Origin: Bdellovibrionales bacterium
GTDB taxonomy: Bacteria; Bdellovibrionota; Bdellovibrionia; Bdellovibrionales; JAUICD01
DNA: 64,000 bases
Assembly: GCA_965203275.1 (NCBI GenBank)
Contig: OZ241865.1
Location: 1,760,001 to 1,824,000, forward strand
Direction: 5' to 3'
Shown here piece by piece: positions 39,172 to 50,560 of this stretch; position 1 is the first letter of the stretch, and the number at the start of each line of letters is the position of its first letter. The notes under the pieces are model-generated. The model was not told the origin of the DNA and made no database searches. It saw nothing but the letters and a program-made list of their open reading frames with translations. Position numbers and translations under genes: made by a program.

Positions 39172-42100
39172 TTATTTATTACCAGGAATCCATGGCTTGA
39201 TATGATCTGGAGGTTGTCCATCAACTCGAGGATCCCATCCATCATAGCCATTGGTTAAAGCTGTTTCACAGGCATCTATTACAGAATTTGTGATAGCCCC
39301 TACAAGGGGTAACCCGCCTAAACTTTCTCTCACCATATCAAAAGCTCTGACAGCCCAAACAGTTGGAGGATGCCCTCCAAATAACATCCTTGAAAATTGA
39401 CGTGAAGTATTGACCCCCATCATTTGAAAGTTTTCTATTGTAGCGTACAATATATTGCCATAAAGAAAAGTAAAGAAAAATTGAAAGACAGCTCTATATT
39501 GGCCCTTCTTTTTAAGAGCATAATCTTGAGCAAGGTAATGACCTCTTAAATGGTTTGGAAAATACTTCATCCAATAGCCTGACATGGCTGCTTCCATAGC
39601 ATGGTCTACTTTTGAATCGAATCCCTTAACAGGGAAAAGATAATACAATAAATATCCTGTAAGATAAACATCCAATGGAAATCGTCCTAATGTAAGTCCA
39701 TAAATCAAAGTAAATTTTACAAAATATGAAGGAGTATTAAACCATGCCATACGAAATATAGTTTTTGTATTTGCAAGAAATGTGTTTTTTTTATCTCTCA
39801 TTTGCCTTAAAAACCACCTTATAAAACCTAAATGAACATTTGCTCCTTCTGGAATATAATTAAAAATACCTTCTTTTTTTAATTTGTACTCTCTTTCAAG
39901 ATAAGCTCCAAAATTTCTCATCAAATCAAGAACAACTATAATAAAAAAGCCTGCTCCAAAAAGATATTGAGAATAATAAGGATATTGATCAGTTAAAGGA
40001 ACCATAATATCTGTAGAGGCAATATCTCCATGAATAGCTTGAAGCATGATACCTGATACAGCTGCCCACATAATATAAAGCTGAGGAATTTTAGCAATAA
40101 AATCATAAAAGCTTTTTCTGGTAGCTCTTGCCTTAGCCCCTGCATCTTGCATTTGTGCTTCTATCACAAGCCACCTTTTTACAAGGTTATTGCGGTGATC
40201 TAAAACTTTATAAAGAGTTTTATAGATAAGATTTTGGATGGGATTTGTGGTTCGCTGTCGATTGAGGTTGACTTCTATAGCCTGATAAAAGCCATCTGCT
40301 TCGACTTCGTTCATAGCATTTTCAATATCTGCATTAGATAAGCTTAAATTTTTAACATCCTCAAGAGTTTCTTGCTTATATTGATCAATATATTCTAAAC
40401 AATCACCAACATAACATCCTTTTTTTTCAAAAGTAGGTGAAATAAGCTTTGCAAAAACTCTTTCAAAAAGTTGCCCTTTGACAGCTTCGTAAAATTGGGT
40501 TTGCTCTTTATCAAATGCTGCAACACCCTCATGTAAGTTTGAAGATCTAAATACTCTATGGTGTAAATGTTTATCTCTAATTCTCAATAAAGTAACTCGG
40601 AAAGCTCTTTCTTGAACCTGTCTCATAATTTGCACTTCAATAGGTATAATAAGAGATTCCCATTCTTTATAAGCTTGATGAGCAGTACTTTTTGTAAAGA
40701 ATTTTGTAAGGAAAAGAGGATATTGTCTCCAAAAAGGACGAGTTCCTCCATTAGCTGTGGTCAAAGGATGTACATTATTTTTGGCATTCAGCCCACCTTG
40801 TGTGATAGTTTTAAAAGCATTGGGATAATAAGCTAACCCTATTAAAAACAATGGTTTGTCTATTCTGATTAAATAACTTGTTGTGAAGAAAACATGCTTC
40901 CACCAAACATGAGTCAATGCAATAAAAGTATTTTCTAAGGACTTCCAACTGAAAATAAAATTCATAATGGAAGCCCTTAAAGTGTTGATTTTAATGTCTG
41001 TTATTTCTTTATTTTGAAAGAATTTTAAGTGCCTTAATGGTGTTTGGACTTTTTCTAAAAATACACTAATCAAACTTTTTTCGGCCTGTTTTCTCTCTTT
41101 CAAAATATTTAAAACTGTATTGGTTTCTTCTTGAGTAAAGTCCCTTTTTTCAGAATCTAAAAGACTTTGCGTTTGATCTATAAGATAAGTGTGTCGACTA
41201 CTATCCTGTCGGTGAATGAAGTCTCCTTTTACTGCACCAGCAGTAGCAGAGATGTTGTTCTTGTTAAGACCTGTTAGAGATCTGAAGGCTGCTACAGGTG
41301 GAGCATGTTGCTGTCTCAAAGAGACATATCTATTATAAAGTGAAGTATTTTTTAAGTTTTGGCCTTTCCCTAAATCACTTAAAAGATGAAAAGCGTTGAC
41401 AGTCAAATGGCTGATGGCAAAAAAGCTGAGTATTTTAAGTATTAAAACAGTATTGGCTACGACAAAAGCATAAGTATTGCCCTCTCCAATATAAGCCTTC
41501 CAAACTTGTTTAGGATTAAAAAAGTCATTGACTTGTATAGCCGATTGAGCAAGACTGTAAAAGTTCATAAACTTTTCAAAAATAGTATCTACAACAATGC
41601 CACCAAAACTTACTACCTGATCAACAAATTGATAAGCTTCTTTGGGGTACACAGCTCCTAGTAAAAGAGCTGTGCTAGCTGTTGCTCCTAATTGTATTCG
41701 AGGATTATGGATAAGTTTTACAATACCTTCTTGGATATACCATGCCTTTTGTCCTTCAGGCCCTTTTAAAGAGCCTAAAGTAAAAGCTAAGGCTTGACGG
41801 ATTATACTTCCTCCAGTAGGCTGAGGTAGCTTTAACCTTTCAAACATTAAGGTCACTCTGCCTAGTAGCTTTCTGGCTTCTACTTGTAATTTAAGTGTGC
41901 TATTGATTCGCAATTGAGCATTGGCATTTTCAATAAAGTACTGTGTGCTGATATCTTTTGTTAATTTCCAAGTAATATCTTCTTTTTTCTTTTCACTTTT
42001 TGTTTTTTGAATAGCATTTTTAGCAGCTCCTATACTTTCAATAAGTTGTCGCTGAAAGCTACGAACTTGACCTTCTGTAGTGAATGCATGAGATAACATA

Positions 42101-43023
42101 TCTATAACAAACTCTCTGGAAGATTCAATAGAACTTAAAAACCCGTCAATCAATGGAACCATGTCTTCATAACTTTGGCTTTTTAAAAGGTTAGCTTGAA
42201 CATTCCAAGTGATGGCTTGCAAATAACCGAAATGATCTAACATTTTACTGGATATTTCATAATCATTGATCTTGAGAAGTCCATTTTGAATAGTCATAGA
42301 TGAGAAAGGCTGATCTAATGGAACAGGCATTTGGAAAATAGCAGGATAGCCGTCTGCCCGGCCCAGAGTGGATCGAAAGTAACTTAAATCAATAAAAGAA
42401 AGCTGTAAATGATCTTTATAAATATGATCTTGTGTGACAAAGACAATATATTGACCATATCTGTTAATGGTAGCAATTTCTTTATTGAATGAGAAAAAAT
42501 CTTCTCCTTGATAAAGCATTTCAAATTGAGGGATAAAATCCTCCTCTCCTGTATAGAAGGGAGATTGAGGATGAGAAGGATTCAAAGTTTTTGCAGAAAG
42601 GTTGTTCATATAGTGGACGGATTGTCTATCATCATCGTAGATATGTTTAATCCGAACTGTAATATTTTCAATTTGCATTCTGCCTGCACTGGGGTGTTTT
42701 TTGATTTCTTGTGGTAAAAGAGTCCATGTATCTATTTGACGATAGGATATAGTTGTAGGCTTTGTTTCGTCTAATAGCAGATCATCTTCACCTATTGTAG
42801 ATAAAAAGTTCCAAGTATTTGCTGTACTTTGATGAGGGAGAGAAAAAGTCATGGTTGAGTTAGAGGATGGAGACAAAGGGGTTTGTGTTTGAGCTTGCAG
42901 TGGAATAGAGGACGATATTAAGGATATGGATAGAATCAAAATAAAAACCCTATAAAATAAGGTATTAACCATATTTTTCATTTTTTCTATCTCACTGGTT
43001 GGATTTAATTTTGATATATCCAC
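39172..43023 (-). CDS. Large hypothetical exported/multi-TM protein
   Basis: 1283-aa ORF with signal-like N-terminus and several hydrophobic helices. Confidence 0.7.
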   Translation of the reverse strand: MDISKLNPTSEIEKMKNMVNTLFYRVFILILSISLISSSIPLQAQTQTPLSPSSNSTMTFSLPHQSTANTWNFLSTIGEDDLLLDETKPTTISYRQIDTWTLLPQEIKKHPSAGRMQIENITVRIKHIYDDDRQSVHYMNNLSAKTLNPSHPQSPFYTGEEDFIPQFEMLYQGEDFFSFNKEIATINRYGQYIVFVTQDHIYKDHLQLSFIDLSYFRSTLGRADGYPAIFQMPVPLDQPFSSMTIQNGLLKINDYEISSKMLDHFGYLQAITWNVQANLLKSQSYEDMVPLIDGFLSSIESSREFVIDMLSHAFTTEGQVRSFQRQLIESIGAAKNAIQKTKSEKKKEDITWKLTKDISTQYFIENANAQLRINSTLKLQVEARKLLGRVTLMFERLKLPQPTGGSIIRQALAFTLGSLKGPEGQKAWYIQEGIVKLIHNPRIQLGATASTALLLGAVYPKEAYQFVDQVVSFGGIVVDTIFEKFMNFYSLAQSAIQVNDFFNPKQVWKAYIGEGNTYAFVVANTVLILKILSFFAISHLTVNAFHLLSDLGKGQNLKNTSLYNRYVSLRQQHAPPVAAFRSLTGLNKNNISATAGAVKGDFIHRQDSSRHTYLIDQTQSLLDSEKRDFTQEETNTVLNILKERKQAEKSLISVFLEKVQTPLRHLKFFQNKEITDIKINTLRASIMNFIFSWKSLENTFIALTHVWWKHVFFTTSYLIRIDKPLFLIGLAYYPNAFKTITQGGLNAKNNVHPLTTANGGTRPFWRQYPLFLTKFFTKSTAHQAYKEWESLIIPIEVQIMRQVQERAFRVTLLRIRDKHLHHRVFRSSNLHEGVAAFDKEQTQFYEAVKGQLFERVFAKLISPTFEKKGCYVGDCLEYIDQYKQETLEDVKNLSLSNADIENAMNEVEADGFYQAIEVNLNRQRTTNPIQNLIYKTLYKVLDHRNNLVKRWLVIEAQMQDAGAKARATRKSFYDFIAKIPQLYIMWAAVSGIMLQAIHGDIASTDIMVPLTDQYPYYSQYLFGAGFFIIVVLDLMRNFGAYLEREYKLKKEGIFNYIPEGANVHLGFIRWFLRQMRDKKNTFLANTKTIFRMAWFNTPSYFVKFTLIYGLTLGRFPLDVYLTGYLLYYLFPVKGFDSKVDHAMEAAMSGYWMKYFPNHLRGHYLAQDYALKKKGQYRAVFQFFFTFLYGNILYATIENFQMMGVNTSRQFSRMLFGGHPPTVWAVRAFDMVRESLGGLPLVGAITNSVIDACETALTNGYDGWDPRVDGQPPDHIKPWIPGNK

Positions 43024-43183
43024 ATTCTGTGGAACTATTTACTTATACGATGGGCTAATAACACCTGACAAGGTTTTTTATTGAAAAATTAATCATTTTA
43101 AGTAGAAAAGATTAAGTTGTTGTTATACAAGGGTATCTGAGTTAGAAGCTTACAAAAATGAAGTTTAAGTTATTTCAGTAAGT

Positions 43184-43260
43184 CCTGAGTTTGACAGCCT
43201 GCAAAAATAAAATTGAGCAAAATAAGTAAGTTATGAGTCAAAAGAGAGTTTGTGCCACTA
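43184..43260. mobile_element. Solo right end of IS1634-like element
   Basis: cctgagtttgacagcctgcaaaaataaa...gtgccacta. Confidence 0.7.
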
Positions 43261-43274
43261 CCATATAAGTCTTT

Positions 43275-44471
43275 CTAATGATTTTTAGAATTTTTAACTT
43301 TTAAAATATATCCTAGAAGTAAAGCTATAGGGGCTACTAGCACAGAGAGTAAGGCACCCATCTTAGCTCCATTTTGTAAAAATGGTTCATTATAAGCCTC
43401 CCCTGCAATAAATAAGGCGACAGTTAAACCCAAACCAGCTATTAATCCAGCAATCATTAAGGATATGTAATTCATACCTTGTGGTAGTTTGAATCCCATT
43501 TTATCTCCTAGTATTCCAAATAAAGTAATGCCTAAGGTCTTTCCTATCGCTAAAGAGAATAAAATAATCCAAGTAAGAGAATTAGTTTGAGAGAATAACA
43601 CACCTGCATTGCCTAATCCAAAGGCAAATAAACCTAAATCTACAAATAGTTTAAAAGTATGTTCAAAATCAATCAAAGCAGATTGTTCTTTTTTATTTTT
43701 AGAAACTTCACTATGAGATTGCTTGTGAGTTGGCATGAAAGGCACAATAAAGACTAAGGCAAGAGCAGGATGCAAATGAGCTAAAATCAATCCACACCAA
43801 GAGAGCAACCCTGCTATAGCTATGTAAGGGATAAAATTCTGAACATGGTATTTTCTTAAAAGGAAGGCTATTAACATAGCCAATAAATTCAGAATAAGAT
43901 AACCTGCCTCAACAGAATAGTTAGGAGCAGGATAAAAAATAGCAATAATGGCCAGTCCAATCGCGTCATCAGCTACAGCTAGTAATAAAAGATAACTGAC
44001 CGCAGGATGCTTGCCAAAGACAACACGGGCTACAAGCCAAGCTAAAGCAATATCAGTTGCTGCAGGGATTCCCCATCCATTCATCACTTCTGAAAAACTG
44101 GATCTTTCAAGCAGATCAGTCATTGGCCAGCTATAGCAAAGGAAGAAAAATACAGCCACAGGCCCAATGACGCCACCTGCTGTTCCGTAGAGAGGGTTGA
44201 TAGCTTTGGATATAGGATAAAGTGATCCTCCTGGGATAATAGCTCGTGTGATCTCTACAGCAGCAATACCAAAAAAGAAAACCATAAAAATATCATTGAT
44301 TAAAAAATGTAAAGTGATCTCATGGCCCAGAAGTTTAAAAGCAGTTAGCTGAGTATTAAAAAAGGCGTGATAGCTTTCTATGTTCGTGTTAGCCCAAATG
44401 AGGGCCAGGATGACGCCTACAATTAAAGGGATAGAAAACTCTTGTAGAAAATAAATACTTTTTTTAAACAT
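43275..44471 (-). CDS. nhaA: Na+/H+ antiporter NhaA family
   Basis: INDIFMVFFF, GWGIPAATDIA, LAVADDAIG, GKTLGI, GLGLTVALFIA. Confidence 0.9.
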   Translation of the reverse strand: MFKKSIYFLQEFSIPLIVGVILALIWANTNIESYHAFFNTQLTAFKLLGHEITLHFLINDIFMVFFFGIAAVEITRAIIPGGSLYPISKAINPLYGTAGGVIGPVAVFFFLCYSWPMTDLLERSSFSEVMNGWGIPAATDIALAWLVARVVFGKHPAVSYLLLLAVADDAIGLAIIAIFYPAPNYSVEAGYLILNLLAMLIAFLLRKYHVQNFIPYIAIAGLLSWCGLILAHLHPALALVFIVPFMPTHKQSHSEVSKNKKEQSALIDFEHTFKLFVDLGLFAFGLGNAGVLFSQTNSLTWIILFSLAIGKTLGITLFGILGDKMGFKLPQGMNYISLMIAGLIAGLGLTVALFIAGEAYNEPFLQNGAKMGALLSVLVAPIALLLGYILKVKNSKNH

Positions 44472-44692
44472 TTTATAATTTTCAGTCTCCTAATGGAGGT
44501 TCATTGGATTTGAAGGTTTGAAAATTAAATATCATTATAGCACAAGTCACTATTTTAAAATATAACATTAAAGTCGAATATAATATTAAAGTCAATAAGA
44601 AAGCAAATAAAAAGATAAACTCTACCTCTGTCATTGTTTAAAATCACTGCGTCATTTTATGATCTCATATTTTAAAACATGTCTTCATGGCT

Positions 44693-47600
44693 TTAAAAAA
44701 TAAGAGAAGTAGCACAGGAATCTTTAAACCATTCTGAAATTTTGCGAGGTACGCCTATTTGTACTTTTTCTTTTAAAGACAAAGTCATTTCAGGAAGTAA
44801 CTTTTCTACTTTTAAGCTTACAGCTTCTTTTAATCTAGCTACAGGAGTTTTGGTCGGTTGTAATAAAAAAGCTTCATATTGATTTAACTGAATAATCCCT
44901 TTTACAAAATCAAAATAAACAATGTCAGGATGCATCTTAAGATCGCTTAAAGTAGCAAGAATAGAATAATAAGCTGTCACCTCTGCTATTTCTTTTGAAG
45001 GGAAGTATCTTTTCAAAGCACTTGTTAAAGATTTTACATTTACAGATAAATGCATTTCATCAATAATTTTATTTACAATCCAGTTTACTGGTCCTGTCAT
45101 TTTCATAATTTGAGCTAAGGCAAACAAGGTAAATATTTGATCTCTTTGTTGAACTGTAATGCTGACCATTTGTCCCCAATCAATAGGATGAATATAAACA
45201 TGATGATCTTCTATTCGTATTCTATAATTGCCAGGGTGCCTATCAGGGTCAAAAACAATAACAGCTTTTGGATCATTGATTTCTTGAAACAAATTATACC
45301 CTTCTACTTCTAATAACCTTTGAGCAATGAAACTTCTATGTTCTGCTTTTTCTATGTCAAAAATAGAAACTCCTTCCACAAATTCTTCGGCAATCAAACG
45401 GTCATTTAAGAAAAAGCTTTTGGGTACAGTAATTGTGGTTGAAGGATGAGAATAACCTTGATAAATATTTTGTTGTGCCATTTTAGATTTGGTAGCTTCA
45501 TTTTTTAAGCTGAGTTCTCGCTTTACAGCATGTTGAGCAGCATAAACAATGGATCGAAAGATTCCATAACGAGAACCAAATTTCTGTGTTAAATAATCTG
45601 CCATAGCATCTAATTGACGGAATTGCATAGGTGTATTGGCAATAGCCTCTAATCTTAAAACTTTTAAAACAATTTTTTTATCTACATGTTGTAAATGATT
45701 TTGCTTAGCAGAAACAGCATATTTAAGTGATGCAGCACCAAGTAAATCTTGTACTTCTACTGGTAAATTCTGGTTGTGATTAATTTGTCTTAAGTCATTA
45801 TAAATACTTTGACGTTCAGGAATAAGAGCTTTATCTTGTAAAGCTCTTAGGTGCTTTGTTTCAGATTCAGGTAGCAAATGAGCTGCCAATATAAACTGCC
45901 CTATTTTGATGCCTGTTGTTCCAAAAACCTCTAAGATATTTTTCAAAACTTGACCAGAGCTTTGTATTTCACTAGATGGCATCGCTAATAAGTAAGCTAG
46001 AACATAACTTTTAAGACCAGTGTTGCCTGTTTTTTCAAGTGAATATAAAAAGGCTTCTAATATTTGTCGAGTGACGACTTGGTTTTCAGGTGAAAGATGT
46101 TTTAATAAATAATCTACAATAATATTGGTATAACCTTTGTTTAAATGAACTGTTGGAGTTAGACCATGAGGAGCATCTAATAAAGTATCTAAAAGGCTTG
46201 TTTTAACAACCTGAGGGAATAAACTAAATATTCTTTTTATTCTTTCTGTTCCAATAGTTTTAAATAATTTTTTGATTTTAGGTCCAGCAGGAACTTCACC
46301 TCTTAAAAAAAGTATAAAATGCCATTGATGTTTTAATCTCCAAGAAGTAATCTTTGCTATTAGTTGAGAAAAGAATCGCAATCCAAAGTCTTCTTGTCTT
46401 TCTCCCCCATCTGGATACTTTGCTTTGTGGATCAAACTACTTTCTTCAGGTGTGGATCTTATTTCATTAGATAGTCTCTCTAAAAAATCAATATAAGTAG
46501 CCCCTTGTTCAGGGAAGGAATGATGTGTAGATCCCATCAGTAATTTTAAACTATTTAAACGCATGTCTTTATCGGATGTTTCTTTTAGTGTTTCATACAC
46601 AGAAGATTGTTTGATGGTGTTCTCTAGTATAAGGGCTTTAATTTTAGGCTCCCAAACTCGTCCATCTAAAGCTAATGCTTCAATATTTACTAAACCACCT
46701 AGAGATGAAAGCTCTTGCTCTGATAAAGATAAAGCTTCTGAATAAATCTCAGAAAACAATGCATCTGTAATGGAAGTCACTCCACGCAATACAAGCTTTT
46801 TCCATAGCTTAAATTTCCCTTTAAGGTCTTGTGGAAACAAATCTAAGTCTTTAAGCCTTTGTATATATATTTTATGAAGTTCTTCACTTGATCCTGGTTC
46901 ATATTTCCATATTGTAGGATATTCTTTAACCATTTTTTTGAAGGTTTCTAAGATCATCCCTTCCAAGCTTCTTGTGTTAATATGATCTTTATTACGGTAT
47001 TGAACCCAAAAATATTCGTTTTGAAGTAAAAGATCAAAATCCTGAGGCTTCGCAAGCCAATGAGGGTTATTTAAAATAGCAAGCTGAAAATAAGAGGCTA
47101 ACTGATTGAGTAATACATGACGTGGTTTGAGTTCCGAATCAACATAACTGACTAACTCTGCAAGACTGTGAAACTTTGTAGAAAAGAATTTTTGAATAGT
47201 AGCTTTGTCTTTTTTATCCCAGTACTTTCTTTCCAATGCATGGAAATTTGGATAGTACTTATCAGTAAATAAGTCATCAGATACACTTTTCCTTAGAGAG
47301 TGGATGGCTATATAAGGAGGTGTATTTTGTTGAGCTTTAGCGATTGATAAAAGTTGTTGATCTGCAATAAAAGATTGTTTAAGACTTGGTCTGTAAAATG
47401 TACCTTTCATTTTTATTTGGTTTAAAATAAAAGCAAAATCATCTACATATTGAGATGGAACCGATGGATATAAAACATAATTTACGAAAGAATTCATTGG
47501 AATATCTTTGAAAATTTCATAAGCCTCTGTAAAAAAGCCTTCATCAACAGCATATTTCATAGTTAATAATTTTTTTTCTAAAGGATCATCAGGATTTAAA

Positions 47601-49237
47601 CGTTCTAAAAAATGCAATGCGTTTAGCTTTTTTTGAAGTGGTGAAGAAATTTGCTCAGGATTGTAATGAAGTATATTTTGATGAGGGACCCCCACAAAAG
47701 ATTCAACAGTTTGTCTTAAGTTTTGATTTAAGAGAGCAAAATTAGGTAAATTGTCAAGTGATTTGTGGATATCACTTAAAAGTTGATCATCTAAATGAGA
47801 ATAATTATTTAAAATATACTTTAATAGTTGGTTTACATTTTTAAAATAAAAATCTTTTAAGCGATCTATTCCTATGCGTAATCGAGTATACGGGATTTTT
47901 ATATATGATTTGTTATAGTAAATAATAGATAACGCACTTAAAGAATAAATGCCTTTAGATAAAGCCCTTACAATATTAGGATATTCATATATTCCTCTTT
48001 GAATATTTTGATAAATTTGAGAGTATTCTAATTCAAGATTCTTTCTTTCTTTTTTAAGACCTTCTAGTTTGTTTATTACATTATATGCAGATTGATATTC
48101 TGCATTTTTTATGGCACCGTCACTAAACAAAATAAGAGAAATAATCAGTGTTGTGAACGTCAGTTTTTCTAGTAATGGTAATGGTAATGGTATACTAATG
48201 GAAGTGGTAAGCCCATCAACAGGAGAAAATAGAGTGGCAATAATAGAAGTCAGACTGGATAAATCAACGAAAGGTCGAATCAATAGATAAGCTAGAGATA
48301 ACTTTTCAACTAGTATATTGCTGAAAGGTAAACTTAGTATTTGAGATCTTCTGTGCAACAAAGACAAAGAGAGATTAGGTTTTTTATAGTCCTGTACTTG
48401 TTTTGATAGATCCTCGTTGAGGCTCCTGTGAAGAATATATGTTTTTATAGCTGAAGCACGAATTTCAAAAGAAGGATGAGTGCTATAATAATCACTATTC
48501 ATTTGAAAAAGCCGTCTAATTAATCTAATAAACTTGTTCATAATCATTTTATTATTAAATTTTCCCAGAGTTTTCATGAGATTATATGAAGCCCATGGAT
48601 TATATCCTGCTTTAATCAATCTATCAGTAGCTCCTAAATCTGCACGAATTTCTTCTCTTTGAGAAGTGTTAAGCTCCTTATAAACTCCAATGGTATTTAA
48701 AGCTTCATCCATATAAGGAGCATCTTCTTGAGCTTTAAAATGTTTTATACGGGCATGAGTGATCTCATGGGCAATGACAGCGGCTAAAAAATCTTCATTA
48801 GAAAGAATAAAGGACAATACCCCTAAATAGATCACTATATGAGATATATCTTCATCAAGATGTATATGAGCATTAGGTGTGAGTTTAGCAGAAACCTTAA
48901 ATATGTAATCAGCAGATTCATTTGGTAGAGAAAGTGCCTTAATGATTTCTTCAATTTTACGATATAAGGTTCGCTTATGTCCTAAAAGCATCAATCGTGC
49001 CAGAATGCCTGCACGGCTGTCGATATTTATATTGTGATTTCTCTGTAGGTCATCCCTGGGTGTTTGTTGTGATGATGGGTGCTTTGTGATTTGTAAGAGA
49101 GAAGATAGATCATTTGATTGTGTTTGATGATCGTTTGCTATTGCTAAGAGATATGGATTTTGTTCTACTTTTAAAAAGCATAAACATAAAAATATTAAAA
49201 TACTTAAAGGTCTCATAATGCTTTGAGGAATTAACAC
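44693..49237 (-). CDS. Fusion protein: N-terminal M48-like Zn peptidase and C-terminal ABC1/UbiB-like atypical kinase
   Basis: LAAVIAHEITH...EEIRAD...AGYNP...STHPSFEIR (M48); IKIGQF...LQD...LGAAS...VLKV...REL...DRHPGN...IDWG (ABC1). Confidence 0.78.
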   Translation of the reverse strand: MLIPQSIMRPLSILIFLCLCFLKVEQNPYLLAIANDHQTQSNDLSSLLQITKHPSSQQTPRDDLQRNHNINIDSRAGILARLMLLGHKRTLYRKIEEIIKALSLPNESADYIFKVSAKLTPNAHIHLDEDISHIVIYLGVLSFILSNEDFLAAVIAHEITHARIKHFKAQEDAPYMDEALNTIGVYKELNTSQREEIRADLGATDRLIKAGYNPWASYNLMKTLGKFNNKMIMNKFIRLIRRLFQMNSDYYSTHPSFEIRASAIKTYILHRSLNEDLSKQVQDYKKPNLSLSLLHRRSQILSLPFSNILVEKLSLAYLLIRPFVDLSSLTSIIATLFSPVDGLTTSISIPLPLPLLEKLTFTTLIISLILFSDGAIKNAEYQSAYNVINKLEGLKKERKNLELEYSQIYQNIQRGIYEYPNIVRALSKGIYSLSALSIIYYNKSYIKIPYTRLRIGIDRLKDFYFKNVNQLLKYILNNYSHLDDQLLSDIHKSLDNLPNFALLNQNLRQTVESFVGVPHQNILHYNPEQISSPLQKKLNALHFLERLNPDDPLEKKLLTMKYAVDEGFFTEAYEIFKDIPMNSFVNYVLYPSVPSQYVDDFAFILNQIKMKGTFYRPSLKQSFIADQQLLSIAKAQQNTPPYIAIHSLRKSVSDDLFTDKYYPNFHALERKYWDKKDKATIQKFFSTKFHSLAELVSYVDSELKPRHVLLNQLASYFQLAILNNPHWLAKPQDFDLLLQNEYFWVQYRNKDHINTRSLEGMILETFKKMVKEYPTIWKYEPGSSEELHKIYIQRLKDLDLFPQDLKGKFKLWKKLVLRGVTSITDALFSEIYSEALSLSEQELSSLGGLVNIEALALDGRVWEPKIKALILENTIKQSSVYETLKETSDKDMRLNSLKLLMGSTHHSFPEQGATYIDFLERLSNEIRSTPEESSLIHKAKYPDGGERQEDFGLRFFSQLIAKITSWRLKHQWHFILFLRGEVPAGPKIKKLFKTIGTERIKRIFSLFPQVVKTSLLDTLLDAPHGLTPTVHLNKGYTNIIVDYLLKHLSPENQVVTRQILEAFLYSLEKTGNTGLKSYVLAYLLAMPSSEIQSSGQVLKNILEVFGTTGIKIGQFILAAHLLPESETKHLRALQDKALIPERQSIYNDLRQINHNQNLPVEVQDLLGAASLKYAVSAKQNHLQHVDKKIVLKVLRLEAIANTPMQFRQLDAMADYLTQKFGSRYGIFRSIVYAAQHAVKRELSLKNEATKSKMAQQNIYQGYSHPSTTITVPKSFFLNDRLIAEEFVEGVSIFDIEKAEHRSFIAQRLLEVEGYNLFQEINDPKAVIVFDPDRHPGNYRIRIEDHHVYIHPIDWGQMVSITVQQRDQIFTLFALAQIMKMTGPVNWIVNKIIDEMHLSVNVKSLTSALKRYFPSKEIAEVTAYYSILATLSDLKMHPDIVYFDFVKGIIQLNQYEAFLLQPTKTPVARLKEAVSLKVEKLLPEMTLSLKEKVQIGVPRKISEWFKDSCATSLIF

Positions 49238-49328
49238 TATTCCTTTAAAATGTCAACCTGTATGTGCTGTATGTGTATGAAAAGCATGAAGAAAATAAAA
49301 GTTGAATATCAAATGCAGGATTCACTAC

Positions 49329-49862
49329 AAAATCAGATCGCATTTTAGGATGTTTTTCTTCAAATCTGCTAATAATTATAGAGGTTTAACTGTTTTAAAA
49401 TAGCATCTATAATAAGCAAAAGACCTAAGATAAATGCCTCTTTTACATTCACTTGTTTGTGATCTTAGAGGCTGTTAAAAGTTTTGAATGTTTCTTTAAT
49501 AAACTTGCAAGACTTTTTAATGTCTTATCTTTATCTTTACAACGACCTAAAGACATAAGAGTCCGATGACGGCTCACACTCTTCCCTTGATGGTCTCTTG
49601 TGCGATAGCTTTCTACAATATGATAATAAGTCTGCCCTTGGGCGTTTGTGGTTTTCTTTATAAACATAAGAGCATACTACTATAAAAATACAAAAAATCA
49701 ACAAAAAAATGACTTTTTAACGCACCACATTCGAATTTTGTTTTGCTAGGATTTTTTACAAAATCCCCAAAATTCAAGCTTACAAATCTCTCTAACACCT
49801 ATAAATAAAGCATTCTTAAAAAAGAAAATGTCTAAATTTGCAAATCAACTGTCAAACTCAGG
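49329..49862 (-). mobile_element. Truncated, frameshifted IS1634-family element (left end + transposase 5' fragment)
   Basis: MFIKKT...YYHIVESYR...RHRTLMSLGR is an IS1634-type N-terminus; continues out of frame as EAFILGLLLIIDAILKQLNL; terminal repeat CCTGAGTTTGACAG at 49862. Confidence 0.75.
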
Positions 49863-50020
49863 ATTTATTAAAAAAATAAACCTTCAAATCAGAGCTATGA
49901 TGCAGTGTGGAGTTGTGAAACCTTGTTTTTTGCCAATATTAGCTCAAATCATAGCTTTTTTGTTCTGCTCCACTATCTTTCTTAAAATCCCTGTGATATT
50001 CTATAATATGGAGGCTACGT

Positions 50021-50554
50021 ATGAAAAAAAATAATGATATGGAAAAAAACAATGATTATGTGACTAAAACTGACTTAGATAACCTAGAGGCCAAGCTAAG
50101 CAATAAAATAGAAGGCAACAACATTACTCAAATCAAATGGACCATAGGCATACTCATAGCCTTTGCTATTTTGTTTTTCTCAGTTCAAGGTTATATGATT
50201 GATGATATAAAAGAAGATATTGCTGTTCAAAATGCTAGAATTGAGAGCATAGAAACCAGAATTGGAAGCATGGAAAACAGAATTGGAAGCATAGAAAACA
50301 GAATTGAGAATATAGACAACAAAATTGACAGCCTAAGAAATTTATTTATTATTGTTCTAACTAAGAATGGAAAAATAAACCCTGAACTTTTGAAAGATCA
50401 ATTGAAAACTCCTACTGATGCTAAAAAACAAGCTCCCCAAGATGTTGATCAGGTTGAAGGTGATTCTGGTGCTAACGGATTAGTAGTTCCACCGGACGGT
50501 GGAAGTGAAAGCCTTAAGCCAGTGAGAGTTGGACAGGGAACACAAAACCCATAG
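50021..50554 (+). CDS. Small TM/coiled-coil protein with 7-aa repeats
   Basis: RBS ggagg; VTKTDL...IKWTIGILIA TM; repeats RIESIET/RIGSMEN/RIGSIEN. Confidence 0.8.
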   Translation: MKKNNDMEKNNDYVTKTDLDNLEAKLSNKIEGNNITQIKWTIGILIAFAILFFSVQGYMIDDIKEDIAVQNARIESIETRIGSMENRIGSIENRIENIDNKIDSLRNLFIIVLTKNGKINPELLKDQLKTPTDAKKQAPQDVDQVEGDSGANGLVVPPDGGSESLKPVRVGQGTQNP

Positions 50555-50560
50555 TGTATC

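Noticed and set aside
49828..50034. 68-aa ORF
   Set aside because: Spans the IS terminal repeat and the promoter region of the next gene; no protein-like features
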